Part shown: positions 13,673-23,284 of the stretch, one piece after another
Layout: the number at the start of each line of letters is the position of its first letter
How positions within the stretch are numbered: the first letter of the stretch is position 1
NCBI GenBank assembly: GCA_014859835.1
Contig: JACZKW010000047.1
Coordinates: 2,723 to 66,722, forward strand
Length of the DNA: 64,000 nucleotides
Origin: Thermoplasmata archaeon
Lineage (GTDB): Archaea; Thermoplasmatota; Thermoplasmata; UBA10834
Direction: 5' to 3'
The notes under the pieces: generated by a model
The model's input: the letters and a program-made list of their open reading frames with translations, nothing else
What the model was told of the DNA's origin: nothing
The model's database searches: none
Position numbers and translations under genes: made by a program

Positions 13673-14386
13673 TTGTTTAGAGACTCGATACAAGGTCTGG
13701 AAAAGGTTTTCAAGAACGACATCGAGAGGCCCAAAGTCATACTCGTCACCGGCCCTCCAGGATCGATGAAGACGAGCTTCTGCTATTCTCTGATGTCGCA
13801 CTACCTGAGAGATAAGAACGAGTTCGGCCTCTACGCCACTCTCGAAGAGACGGTCGACAGTCACCTGAAGAACATGGAGAGCATGGGCGTGAAGCTCTCC
13901 GCGAAGATGCAGATATCGGATATGACCGACCTCAGGGAGATCGACCAGATCGACGAGGTCATCGGCGATTCGGCACAGACGGATTACGTGCTCTTCATAG
14001 AGAAGATGATACAGCGTTTCAGGAGGACTCATGGAGACAAGTTCTCGATATTCGTCCTCGACTCGCTGGGCGCGCTTTACTCTCTGATGGAGAACGCGGA
14101 GGACATGAGGAAGAAGATGTTCTATTTCTTCAAGATGCTAAGGGACAACAACCTCACATCATTCATAATCATGGAACGGTCGTTGACAGGTGAGTCGCAG
14201 CTTCTCGGAAACGAAGGCTTTCTCGCAGACGGCATCGTGATGCTGGGCCTTGACCGCCAGAGGGGTAAGCTGGTGAGATACCTCCAGGTTGAGAAGATGA
14301 GAGCTGCGGAGCACAGTATGGAGAAGCACGCCATCGAAGTCAACAACTCCGGGATGCAGGTGCTGGGCCCGTTGCTCAGCACTTGA
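13673..14386 (+). CDS. single-domain KaiC/RecA-superfamily ATPase (ArlH/FlaH-like size), degenerate P-loop
   Basis: SIQGLEKVF...VILVTGPPGSMKTSFCYSL, IFVLDSLGALYSL; Walker A reads GPPGSMKT (Gly before Lys replaced by Met). Confidence 0.7.
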   Translation: MFRDSIQGLEKVFKNDIERPKVILVTGPPGSMKTSFCYSLMSHYLRDKNEFGLYATLEETVDSHLKNMESMGVKLSAKMQISDMTDLREIDQIDEVIGDSAQTDYVLFIEKMIQRFRRTHGDKFSIFVLDSLGALYSLMENAEDMRKKMFYFFKMLRDNNLTSFIIMERSLTGESQLLGNEGFLADGIVMLGLDRQRGKLVRYLQVEKMRAAEHSMEKHAIEVNNSGMQVLGPLLST

Positions 14387-14505
14387 CGATGCGACATGGC
14401 CGACGCGGCTCGTGTTGCGTGAAACCCTACGAGTACGCGCCATCCATCCCACTGGGATTTGGCGCGTATCACGAATGACATTGTCAACAAGGAGAGGGAT
14501 CGGCG

Positions 14506-15513
14506 ATGACAGAAGACCAGAGCATTTCGCAGATAATCGAAGACGCGGTCAAGAGCCTTAGGACCCAGGAAGCCGAGGTCCGCAAGAAGGACCAGGACGT
14601 TCAGACCCAGAAGTCCGAACTTCAGAAGATGAAGGCAGAACTGGAGTCCAGCGAGCAGAGGCTCCGTGAGAATGAAGATTCCTTGAGGGAGAAAGAATCG
14701 TCCCTCGAGATCAAGGTTGCGGAGATCACAGCCCGTGAGGAGTCCGTCCAGACTAGCGTAGCTCAGGTGGATGCGAAGAAGGCCGAGATCCTGAAACTCG
14801 AGGAACAATCGAAGGTTGCACTCGCGAGCGCGGAGGCGAGGGAGCTGGAAGCCGTGACCTCGTTATCGGAATCGTCGCGCGCCCAGGCCGAGGCGACGCA
14901 AAAACGCAAGGCCCTCCTCGATCGGGAAGATCAGATGAAGAAGTCCGAGGAGGAACTCCAGAGACTTATGGAACAAGTGGCATCGAGGCGTGATGCGCTA
15001 ATATCGCGTGAGCGTTCCCTGGCAGCAGAGGAGGAATCCATCCGGAATGATCGCGAGAGACTCTCGGAAGATGCCAGAAAACTCCTCAGTAGGCAGACCG
15101 AAGTGATTGAGAACGCCTCTATGGAGCAGGCCGATGCCATGGAAACGGCCAAGCCCGATCTTGGCGACGATGAGACCGAATGTCCACGGTGCAGGACCGT
15201 CATAAGCAAGGATGCCATAATGTGCTATTCATGCGGCCACCAGCTGAGGGATGTCGAGCCAGAGGAGATGTCTGAGGCGCCATCTGACCAAGAGGCCGAT
15301 GCCGAATCATCCGAGGAGGATGAGGTGTCCTGTCCGAAGTGTAAGACGCTGGTCAGCAAGAGTGCGATAATGTGCTACGCCTGCGGCTCCGATCTGAGGG
15401 GGGCACAACCCGCGGCGGATGGAGAAGGGAGTCGCGACGAGGCGAAGGTCCCCGAGGAACAGAAGAAACCGCAGGTCTTTGTCAAGAAGATCGTCAAGAA
15501 AAAGGTTGCTTAG
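14506..15513 (+). CDS. coiled-coil protein with C-terminal tandem zinc ribbons (DZR)
   Basis: ~220 aa heptad-rich E/K/R/Q sequence then CPRCRTVISKDAIMCYSCG and CPKCKTLVSKSAIMCYACG. Confidence 0.6.
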   Translation: MTEDQSISQIIEDAVKSLRTQEAEVRKKDQDVQTQKSELQKMKAELESSEQRLRENEDSLREKESSLEIKVAEITAREESVQTSVAQVDAKKAEILKLEEQSKVALASAEARELEAVTSLSESSRAQAEATQKRKALLDREDQMKKSEEELQRLMEQVASRRDALISRERSLAAEEESIRNDRERLSEDARKLLSRQTEVIENASMEQADAMETAKPDLGDDETECPRCRTVISKDAIMCYSCGHQLRDVEPEEMSEAPSDQEADAESSEEDEVSCPKCKTLVSKSAIMCYACGSDLRGAQPAADGEGSRDEAKVPEEQKKPQVFVKKIVKKKVA

Positions 15514-15554
15514 CCAGCATCTGCTCAAACCCTTCTTTGTCATGAAAATGTGGC

Positions 15555-15572
15555 AAATAGCTTTTTATATAG
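15555..15572 (+). promoter_or_regulatory. archaeal TATA box/BRE-like element upstream of the adhesin gene
   Basis: aaatagcTTTTTATATAgcc ~45 bp upstream of ATG 15612. Confidence 0.45.
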
Positions 15573-15611
15573 CCGAACTGCTTACTTTGATTCGCAATAC
15601 CCAGCATCTGG

Positions 15612-18600
15612 GTGGGTGAACTTATGGAACACAGAGCTGGCCCTCTTCAGGCCAACAGATCTCTGAGCGCATTGATTGTCGCCACATTCGTGCTGTCGGC
15701 GTTCGCCGGGCTATTCGTGATGTCGAATCCTGCGCCTACCGCTGCACAGACACCAATCGGTGACCTGATTGTAACCGCCGGCACATACACAGTCGAGAAT
15801 GTGAACCAACCTGTAGATGGTGATGTTCTCGTCAGTGGTGGGGAGCTGATAATACGGAACGCTGCTTTGCTGGTGATCAGCAACGTGGGTGTTCAGCGAA
15901 CGGTGACGATTGAAACCGGCGGAACCATGATTCTTGAGCGTGGCACTCTCACCACCTATCTGAACCAGATCGATCCATGGCCGTTCCTGATTGTAGACAT
16001 CGATGGAGGGACTCTCATAGCCTCGGAGAGGTCGCTATTGAGTTTCCCCGGCACAATCACCGTACAGAACGGTGGCGAGCTCATACTATATGACAGCACC
16101 ATCGAGCCGCTACCCGCAGGTGATATATCCCTGTACATTTCCGGGTCCCCTACAGTCGTCATTGACGCCGCGGATGATGGGCCAGCGATCTCAGTCATTG
16201 ACGGTTCAATAATGATGTTCGACTCCGAGATCACGAGTCTTCCGGAATATCCTTCGCTAGGTCTTGTCGCCAGCAATCTCACGCTGAGTGGAGAATCTAC
16301 TCTGCTGGCAGTCAACAGCTACATCAGTGTTGACTTCGGACCTAACGTCAGCGCATCTGATTGGTCCACCCATAATATGCTGGTCTTGTCGGATTCTTCA
16401 AAAGCCCATCTTTACGGAACATATTTCGATGAGTATTCTGGTAGCTATTCCGCAAGATCATCTGCCATCCTTGCTGACGGCGAAAGCTACATTGCATTGC
16501 CTGCTTCCTCTGGACCAGAAGATACTACGACGGGACAGTCTTACACTGATCTTGTGGCCAGCAATGAAGGTTCAACATATCACGTCGCTCCTGGGGATGT
16601 AATGGCCATCGACACTTTTAGTGCAGGTCCTCCTGCGACAGTTGATGAAGCAACACTATACGTGAGATATCTCGTAGACGCGGGATATAACGGTGCGAGA
16701 TCATTTACATGGCGCCTTGAAGGAGGAACTGCTGCATCGACTGGAATCACTCCCTTGCCATCTGAGACTTCCTTCGTAGAGAAGAGCTTCGATTTGCGTG
16801 ATGCGGGAGTAACCACCACTGGCGACCTCGCTGATTTGGACATCAACTTCATACACGATGGATCGACAGGCGATGTCCAAGTGGACAGCATGTCCATTGT
16901 AATCTCTTTGGGGCCAGAAGCCTACATATATAGATGGATCAACCTGACTGTCGGCGATGAATACGGCGTGCCGATTCCTGACTGTGACATTTCATCGACA
17001 TTTACGGGGTCTTTGACGTTCTCTGATCAGCCATCATTCTACTTCGGGCTGGGTGAGGGGAGTTCATCTGTTCCACCACAAGTTGTACTTGACTACATGG
17101 ATGAGACTGCTGAATCATTTGGTGTCACAGGCCCACTTGGTGCCGCGACCATACCACTACTGACTGATTTGGTGTCTGGTGGCCAATCTCCCAACTCTCT
17201 GTTTGTCGGAAGTTACAGTATTACTGGAACCGTCATACAGGATGCAGTGGAGCATGCATCAAACGAAACCTTCTCATTCCCTGCATACCCTGCGATGTCG
17301 ATTACAGATCAGCAATTCGATATGACGGTCGATGTCCAAGGCATATCTGCCGAGAGTCCTGACCCATCCAAGTGGTTGGTTGTTCCGCCAAACCTAACGA
17401 TTGAAAACATGAGCTACTATCACGCGGGTGATGTCATAGTGGCGTCTGATGGGAATCTCACATTGAGGAATGCGATATTTGAGTTGGTCCAATCAACTGC
17501 GAATGAGAGAACCGTCTATGTCGATGGAACCGCCAACTTCGTGATCGAGGACTCTCAGGTGAACAGCGCACTCGCGATTGATATCATAGTGAAGGGTCAT
17601 GGGACGCTCGAAGTCAACAGATCAGTTCTGAACGGCGTGAACATAGTGGCGATGGACGACGCACTTGTGATTCTCAGAGATACTGACTTCGATGGTACGA
17701 TAACCACTTCATGGGACTCATCGGCCAGAATCGTGGTCGTCGATTCCGTACTTGCTCAGGCACCAGTACTATCTGGCAACGCATTAGGAGAGTTTACGAA
17801 TTCGAGTGTTCCATCAATCGTGGTAACGGAAGACGCAAGAGCATTGATATACAGATGGATTCACGTGACCGTTCTGGATGGTGGCGACAACCCCCTGCCA
17901 GGAGCGTCTGTCTCGGCATGGTTCTTTGTGAACAGTACATACTGGTCGAGTGCACCCAGCGACGAATCGGGAATAGCACAGATCAAATCCCTTGGGACAA
18001 TACTGACATCCGACGGCTCGACGTTCATCGGCAATTACAAGATCAACTCGACGTACATGAGCGACGGAGACCTGCATTTCTCTGATCAGACGATATCCAT
18101 AGGTGTGATGCCGTATACCGAGCCCCTGACTGAAAACGCAACATACGCCGTGTTGAGAATGTCCACCGTCGTACTTCCCGATCTTAGCGTGAGGCCCGGT
18201 TATATTTGGACCGAGCCAACGGATGTCGTGTACAACTCTACATGTACGATCTTCGCCCTAATCGAAAACACCGGAGATAAGGTCGCGGAAGATGTCATGG
18301 TTGAGTTCTTGATAGGGGAGGATATCGAGACGGCAACTCTTCTGAATTCGACCGTGATTTCAACGATAAATCCGGACAGTCAGGTGACTGCTGATGTAGG
18401 ATGGATACCCGACAGTATCGGGACATTCACGGTATGGGTCCGGGTCAACGGTGGGCTCGACGGAACACCGGATTTCAATGAGCTTTCATTCATTGACAAC
18501 CAGGAATGGGTCTACATCCGAGTATTGGACTATGCTGACCTCTCGTTAAATGCGATTGAATTCCTGGCCGGCGACCCGTCGGTCATCGTGTCAAGCGTAC

Positions 18601-20414
18601 CTGGTGGACAGACCGTGTATGTTCGCTCAGTGCTGTACAACGACGGTGAGGCTCCTGTCTTGAACCCTGTAGTATCATTGACTGTGAACTATAGCGACTC
18701 AGAGACCGAGTTTTTCAATCAGACACTGTATGGTGTTCTTTATGAGGGCTCTCAATTCGCGGTTGAGTTCGTGTATTCCGCACCATTTGTGATGAACAAC
18801 ACTGTTTTCACTTTCACCATGGACGCGAACCGCTATGGGGCAGTGACGGAGACGGACCTGACAAACAACGTAGTGACGGATACGCTCACCGTCCTTGATA
18901 TCCGCGAGGACTTCAAAGTCGGCGTAGATGACATCTCTGTGGACGACGGCTCGAATGCTCATGAATTCGGGAGACTGATCACGATCACGGCCAACATCTA
19001 CAACCTGGGTGGGACAGACCCCGGAAGTGTGAGCATCAGATTCAACCTCACATTCGGGTCTCTGGAGTATGAGATCGGCATAAGGGCGACAAACATACCT
19101 TGGGGTATGATGACGCCTGTCTTCATGCCGTATATGATAAACCAGACGATTGGTGGAACATATTCCATATCCGTATACGTCGACTATGATGACAACTATT
19201 CGAATGAGAAGAACGAGGAGAACAACGAAGCAGCGATTGATTTCGAAATCGTCGATCTCGTGTATCACATCTCCATGACTACGAACGCCGACACGGGCGA
19301 GTATAAGGCGGGCGACAACGCCTTCGTGACCTTGTATGTCTTCTATGGCGCGACTGCGCCGGATGTTGGTAGCGAAGAAGCGGTATCTGGACTGCCAGGC
19401 GTTTCCGTGAACCTCGTGAGCCCCGATAGCATAGTCCTCGTGCGCGCCGATCCGATTTCGACATCCGCTACAGGCCAAGCATCATTCACAGTGGTGCTCC
19501 TGACAAGTCTAGAGACTGGTCAGTACACGCTGGTCCCAGTGATTCTTGAAGACGAGCAGCCTAGCTTCTCGCTTACGATAAGCATAGATGGCGAAGTCTC
19601 TGGACGTGGCATCGCGTTGTGGGTCTGGCTCGTAATAATCGGCGTGATCGTCGGATCCGTCCTCGGTGTCACTGCTTATATCTATTTCAGAGGTCTCGGC
19701 AAACTGGTCGAGTGTGGAGAATGCGGCGCATTCATCCCGGCTGGGAACAAGAGATGCCCGAAGTGTGGAGTTGAGTTCGAAGTCGGCACGATGAAATGCT
19801 CTGAGTGCGGAGCATGGGTGCCTGCGGAATCGACCGAGTGCCCCAACTGCGGCGTGAAGTTCGTCGGCGAGGAGATTGGCGAGGAGGATTACCTCGAGAA
19901 GATGAGGCGCGAGTACGATGAGATGGTCTCGAAGTACCGTGAGTTGGCAAAGCCCGAACTCGGCAAGAAGTTTAGCGACAAGAAGTTCGAAGAGTGGTGG
20001 GCAACCCAGCCGACATATATCTCATTCGATGATTGGCTCGCAAAGGAAGAGGAGAAGCGGAAGGAGGGGCCGGTACCATGCCCTGTCTGTGGCACGATGA
20101 ACCCGAAGGAATCGACTGTATGTCACAAGTGTGGCACGGTCTTCGGAGTCGAGACGGAAGTGCCTCCCGGAAAGCAGCCTCCCACCCCACCGTCCTCAGG
20201 CGAGGCGTTGCCAGAATCGTCTGGAGTCGAGCCTGCCCTGTCAGGCGAGAAAGCTTCAGAACAACCGCGCCCTCCCCAGGCTGCAGCACCGAAGATGGTC
20301 ATCAGAAGGCCCATCGACCGAAAGGTGGTCCCGAAGAAGATCATCAAGACTCCTATAGCCAGGGATTCGAATAACGAAGGCAACGGATCCTACAACGACG
20401 AGGATCAGCAGTAG
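15612..20414 (+). CDS. giant cell-surface adhesin-like protein (N-terminal signal/anchor, beta-rich repeats incl. CARDB-like modules, C-terminal TM, cytoplasmic triple zinc-ribbon + Pro-rich tail)
   Basis: N-terminal hydrophobic LSALIVATFVLSAFAGLFV; CARDB-like VRPGYIWTEPTDVVYNSTCTIFALIENTGDKVAEDV; TM GIALWVWLVIIGVIVGSVLGVTAYIYF; then CGECGAF..CPKCG, CSECGAW..CPNCG, CPVCGT..CHKCG. Confidence 0.8.
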   Translation: MGELMEHRAGPLQANRSLSALIVATFVLSAFAGLFVMSNPAPTAAQTPIGDLIVTAGTYTVENVNQPVDGDVLVSGGELIIRNAALLVISNVGVQRTVTIETGGTMILERGTLTTYLNQIDPWPFLIVDIDGGTLIASERSLLSFPGTITVQNGGELILYDSTIEPLPAGDISLYISGSPTVVIDAADDGPAISVIDGSIMMFDSEITSLPEYPSLGLVASNLTLSGESTLLAVNSYISVDFGPNVSASDWSTHNMLVLSDSSKAHLYGTYFDEYSGSYSARSSAILADGESYIALPASSGPEDTTTGQSYTDLVASNEGSTYHVAPGDVMAIDTFSAGPPATVDEATLYVRYLVDAGYNGARSFTWRLEGGTAASTGITPLPSETSFVEKSFDLRDAGVTTTGDLADLDINFIHDGSTGDVQVDSMSIVISLGPEAYIYRWINLTVGDEYGVPIPDCDISSTFTGSLTFSDQPSFYFGLGEGSSSVPPQVVLDYMDETAESFGVTGPLGAATIPLLTDLVSGGQSPNSLFVGSYSITGTVIQDAVEHASNETFSFPAYPAMSITDQQFDMTVDVQGISAESPDPSKWLVVPPNLTIENMSYYHAGDVIVASDGNLTLRNAIFELVQSTANERTVYVDGTANFVIEDSQVNSALAIDIIVKGHGTLEVNRSVLNGVNIVAMDDALVILRDTDFDGTITTSWDSSARIVVVDSVLAQAPVLSGNALGEFTNSSVPSIVVTEDARALIYRWIHVTVLDGGDNPLPGASVSAWFFVNSTYWSSAPSDESGIAQIKSLGTILTSDGSTFIGNYKINSTYMSDGDLHFSDQTISIGVMPYTEPLTENATYAVLRMSTVVLPDLSVRPGYIWTEPTDVVYNSTCTIFALIENTGDKVAEDVMVEFLIGEDIETATLLNSTVISTINPDSQVTADVGWIPDSIGTFTVWVRVNGGLDGTPDFNELSFIDNQEWVYIRVLDYADLSLNAIEFLAGDPSVIVSSVPGGQTVYVRSVLYNDGEAPVLNPVVSLTVNYSDSETEFFNQTLYGVLYEGSQFAVEFVYSAPFVMNNTVFTFTMDANRYGAVTETDLTNNVVTDTLTVLDIREDFKVGVDDISVDDGSNAHEFGRLITITANIYNLGGTDPGSVSIRFNLTFGSLEYEIGIRATNIPWGMMTPVFMPYMINQTIGGTYSISVYVDYDDNYSNEKNEENNEAAIDFEIVDLVYHISMTTNADTGEYKAGDNAFVTLYVFYGATAPDVGSEEAVSGLPGVSVNLVSPDSIVLVRADPISTSATGQASFTVVLLTSLETGQYTLVPVILEDEQPSFSLTISIDGEVSGRGIALWVWLVIIGVIVGSVLGVTAYIYFRGLGKLVECGECGAFIPAGNKRCPKCGVEFEVGTMKCSECGAWVPAESTECPNCGVKFVGEEIGEEDYLEKMRREYDEMVSKYRELAKPELGKKFSDKKFEEWWATQPTYISFDDWLAKEEEKRKEGPVPCPVCGTMNPKESTVCHKCGTVFGVETEVPPGKQPPTPPSSGEALPESSGVEPALSGEKASEQPRPPQAAAPKMVIRRPIDRKVVPKKIIKTPIARDSNNEGNGSYNDEDQQ

Positions 20415-20449
20415 GTTGCTGCCATCCTCAAAACTCACAAACCCTTTGA

Positions 20450-20519
20450 CGGTTTTTCATTTCTCATGTTTCAATGCCATTAATGCGTATTGTATCGAGC
20501 CGCGGCTCATTGCAATACA
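20450..20519. terminator. bidirectional terminator-like element between convergent genes: T5 run plus palindrome TGTATCGAGCCGCGGCTCATTGCAATACA
   Basis: perfect 12-bp core palindrome GAGCCGCGGCTC flanked by TGTAT/ATACA; sits between stop of 15612..20414 (+) and stop of 20550..22304 (-). Confidence 0.4.
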
Positions 20520-20549
20520 TGATGTCTATCGAGAACGGGATTATCGAAA

Positions 20550-22304
20550 TCAGGTTCGCTGAGGAGGTCCGGTCTCTGCCAGTTTCGCCCGGACCTCTTT
20601 CATCACCTTGTCAGGATCCTTGTAATATGCAGATATGATGGTGGCAACCTTCCTGTGATTGTCGATGCTCATCTTCTTCATGTACTCGAGGATGTCGACA
20701 CGCCTCTTGATCTCCCTTTCCATCTCGCGAGGTGCCCAGTTTCTGGCCATTCTGACCTTCTCGTACACGTAGCTGTGACCGCTGTAGTTGAAAGTGTCAT
20801 CTGCTGGATTCCACGTGTAGACGGAGTTTGTGATCAGCTCATCGGTCTCGGGGTCGATGCCGACGATCTCCGTCAGTGACTTGACTCGTCTGGTCATCTT
20901 GGTCCCGACCTTGACCTGAGCCTGCAATAGCACGATATTGAGGGCGGTTATCAATGCCCTGGGCAGGTTGATGGGGTCGTTCTCCATCCTGTGAACCATC
21001 GCCTGGACATCCTCTGCATGGAAAGTGGAATAGCAGGTCTTGCCAGTTGCCATGGCCTGGAACACGACATACGCTTCCTTGCCTCTGACCTCACCGACCA
21101 TCAGATACTGAGGCCTCTGTCTCATGGCTGCCGTGAGCAAGTCGAACATGTCTATCTCACCGGAAGATCTTCCAGTGATCATGCTCTTCCCGCCGAAGCC
21201 TTCTCGGGTCAGACCCGGGACCCAGTTCTCATGTGGTAGGTTGAGCTCCCTGGTGTCCTCGATGGAGACGATCTTCATCTGCGGGGGGATGAAAAGGAGA
21301 ACGGCGTTCAAGGTCGTGGTCTTTCCACTCGCGGTACCTCCACACACGAGCATCGACTCTCCATGCTCGATGCCTATCCAGAGGTATGCCATCATCTCCG
21401 TGCTCATCGTCTTGAATTTGAGTAGGTCGAGCGGGGTGAAAGGATTCTCCTTGAACCGTCTGATTGTGAATGACGAACCCCTCTTCGTGACATGCTTCCC
21501 GAGGGTCGCCTGCAATCTGGAGCCGTCCGGGATCGTAGCGTCCAGAAGTGGGCTCGCAACCGAGATGTGCTTGCCGCACTTCTGGGCAAGCCATACAACG
21601 AAACCATCGAGTTCCACCTCCTTCTCGAACCTGAGATTGGACCTTATTGAGCCGTATTTCCTGTGATAGATGTACAGCGGGACGTCGACTCCATCGCACG
21701 AGCAGTCCTCTACATTGGGTTCGGCCATCATCACGTCGATGACGCCGTAGCCGAGGAAATCCCTGAGGAGATAGTACATCACCCTCTCCTTGGATACTGG
21801 ATGCAACGAGATGCCCAGCTGGTCCATGAGCTCCTCGATGATCCGTCTGAGGTACTTCTCCTTCTCGGAAGGTTCCTCCTCGGTCATCTTCTCGACAGAT
21901 GCGATGAGGGTCTCTTTCAGCAGAGCGAGCACAGCTGCCTCGTCCCCCAGCAGCTTAGGCTCGATCACCTCGTATGTGTACTCGTTGGCCTTGTTGTCGT
22001 ACCTTATCCTGACATATGAATAATTCTGTTTGACCGGGATCATCTCGACCTCGTCGATATTCGACTCGGTCAGCTTTGGTATCTCCGTGATCTGGCTGAT
22101 GTCGACCTTCACCTCGTTCTTGGTGATCGCGATCATCGCAGGTCTGGGCTTTATCTTCATAAGGAAACCGTAGTACGCTGCGAAAAAGCCTCCGCTCTTC
22201 GCCTTCTCCTCCTCTGGTGGGGGAGTCTCATCTGCTTCAGGCGCGTTTGGCTGCGGTTCTTCCGTTTCTATCTTGGCCTGCTCGGTTTCAGACATCTCAA
22301 TCAC
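20550..22304 (-). CDS. FlaI/TadA/VirB11-family secretion-pilus ATPase (paralogue B)
   Basis: LVCGGTASGKTTTLNAVLLFIPP Walker A, Asp/His boxes, FlaI-like N-domain; no archaellum accessory genes nearby. Confidence 0.85.
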   Translation of the reverse strand: MIEMSETEQAKIETEEPQPNAPEADETPPPEEEKAKSGGFFAAYYGFLMKIKPRPAMIAITKNEVKVDISQITEIPKLTESNIDEVEMIPVKQNYSYVRIRYDNKANEYTYEVIEPKLLGDEAAVLALLKETLIASVEKMTEEEPSEKEKYLRRIIEELMDQLGISLHPVSKERVMYYLLRDFLGYGVIDVMMAEPNVEDCSCDGVDVPLYIYHRKYGSIRSNLRFEKEVELDGFVVWLAQKCGKHISVASPLLDATIPDGSRLQATLGKHVTKRGSSFTIRRFKENPFTPLDLLKFKTMSTEMMAYLWIGIEHGESMLVCGGTASGKTTTLNAVLLFIPPQMKIVSIEDTRELNLPHENWVPGLTREGFGGKSMITGRSSGEIDMFDLLTAAMRQRPQYLMVGEVRGKEAYVVFQAMATGKTCYSTFHAEDVQAMVHRMENDPINLPRALITALNIVLLQAQVKVGTKMTRRVKSLTEIVGIDPETDELITNSVYTWNPADDTFNYSGHSYVYEKVRMARNWAPREMEREIKRRVDILEYMKKMSIDNHRKVATIISAYYKDPDKVMKEVRAKLAETGPPQRT

Positions 22305-23284
22305 GCAAACAGTATTCTGAGGGAAACAAATCCTGCGACCAACATGATGAAGCTGTGCCTCATCCCTATGGGTATGCTCCCCTTCTGGATGACACCAGCT
22401 AGCAGCCCATCCCCAACCGCATGCACCACTATCGCAAGTAGGAATATGAATGAGATATCGTCGATGAGGGCGACCTTGATGTTGACTCCCGGAATCTCCT
22501 GTAATCCCATATCCTGAGCCGCATCGTTCACCGTCGTTCCCGCCTCCTCCATCTTAGGGAGGAACTGCAGGTCGAGGATCAATATTGTCGCAATGAACAC
22601 GAAGAATGAAATGTAGACGACCATCACATAGGTCGACATGGTCACGTTCCTCTCCTCCTGTGTGAGGATGGATTCCTTGGCATCATGGGACACCATAGTG
22701 AGGACATCGGCGACGTTGCCACCCGCGTCGTTGGCCTTCCTGATTATCGATGTCATTCTTACGACCAGAGGTGTCTTGACCCTTTCCGAGAACAATCTGA
22801 TGGCCTCAGATGCGGGCACACCCCATTCTATCTGCGCAGCCATCTTCTTGATTTCCGGAGTCAATCGGCCATATCTGCCGGACGATGCGATGACGATCGA
22901 GTCCGCCAAAGTCATGCCGAACCTTCCGGCCTCCGCCACATCTCTGAGGAAATCGGGTAGTCTGGTCTCGATCTCCCTGATATGCTTCTCCTTCGCCGAT
23001 GTGTAGAATCCGTAGGGGGCAAGGAATGCCAATATCCCAAAGATGACGTAATCGATCGGTTCGAACGGGAGCGAAAGGCTGCCTATCCCATCTATGATCG
23101 CCAAGAACACGCATATGCCCACAGCGGCGAACGAACCTGCTAGGATGGTTCTAGTCTTATCGGACTTCTCAGTGGCAAGGATCTTCTTGATCGCCCTCTC
23201 CTGTTCTGCCTGACTGAGCTTCTTCGTTGCCATCCTACATCGCCCCTTCCTGTGACATGTTCCAAATGACAAATATGAATCCAA
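22301..23284 (-). CDS. FlaJ/TadC-like platform membrane protein (half-size, part B)
   Basis: 327 aa, polytopic, T2SSF-like cytoplasmic domain; overlaps neighbours by 4 and 50 bp. Confidence 0.65.
   Translation of the reverse strand: MDSYLSFGTCHRKGRCRMATKKLSQAEQERAIKKILATEKSDKTRTILAGSFAAVGICVFLAIIDGIGSLSLPFEPIDYVIFGILAFLAPYGFYTSAKEKHIREIETRLPDFLRDVAEAGRFGMTLADSIVIASSGRYGRLTPEIKKMAAQIEWGVPASEAIRLFSERVKTPLVVRMTSIIRKANDAGGNVADVLTMVSHDAKESILTQEERNVTMSTYVMVVYISFFVFIATILILDLQFLPKMEEAGTTVNDAAQDMGLQEIPGVNIKVALIDDISFIFLLAIVVHAVGDGLLAGVIQKGSIPIGMRHSFIMLVAGFVSLRILFA

Noticed and set aside
13673-14386. Assigning the KaiC-like protein firmly as ArlH/FlaH
   Set aside because: Size and fold fit, but it is ~6 kb from the FlaI-like ATPases on the opposite strand and no archaellin genes are present. 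Kept as KaiC-like/ArlH-like only.
16580-19478. Minus-strand ORFs (105-259 aa) inside the adhesin gene
   Set aside because: Antisense to a 1600-aa ORF with coherent domain structure, signal peptide and TM
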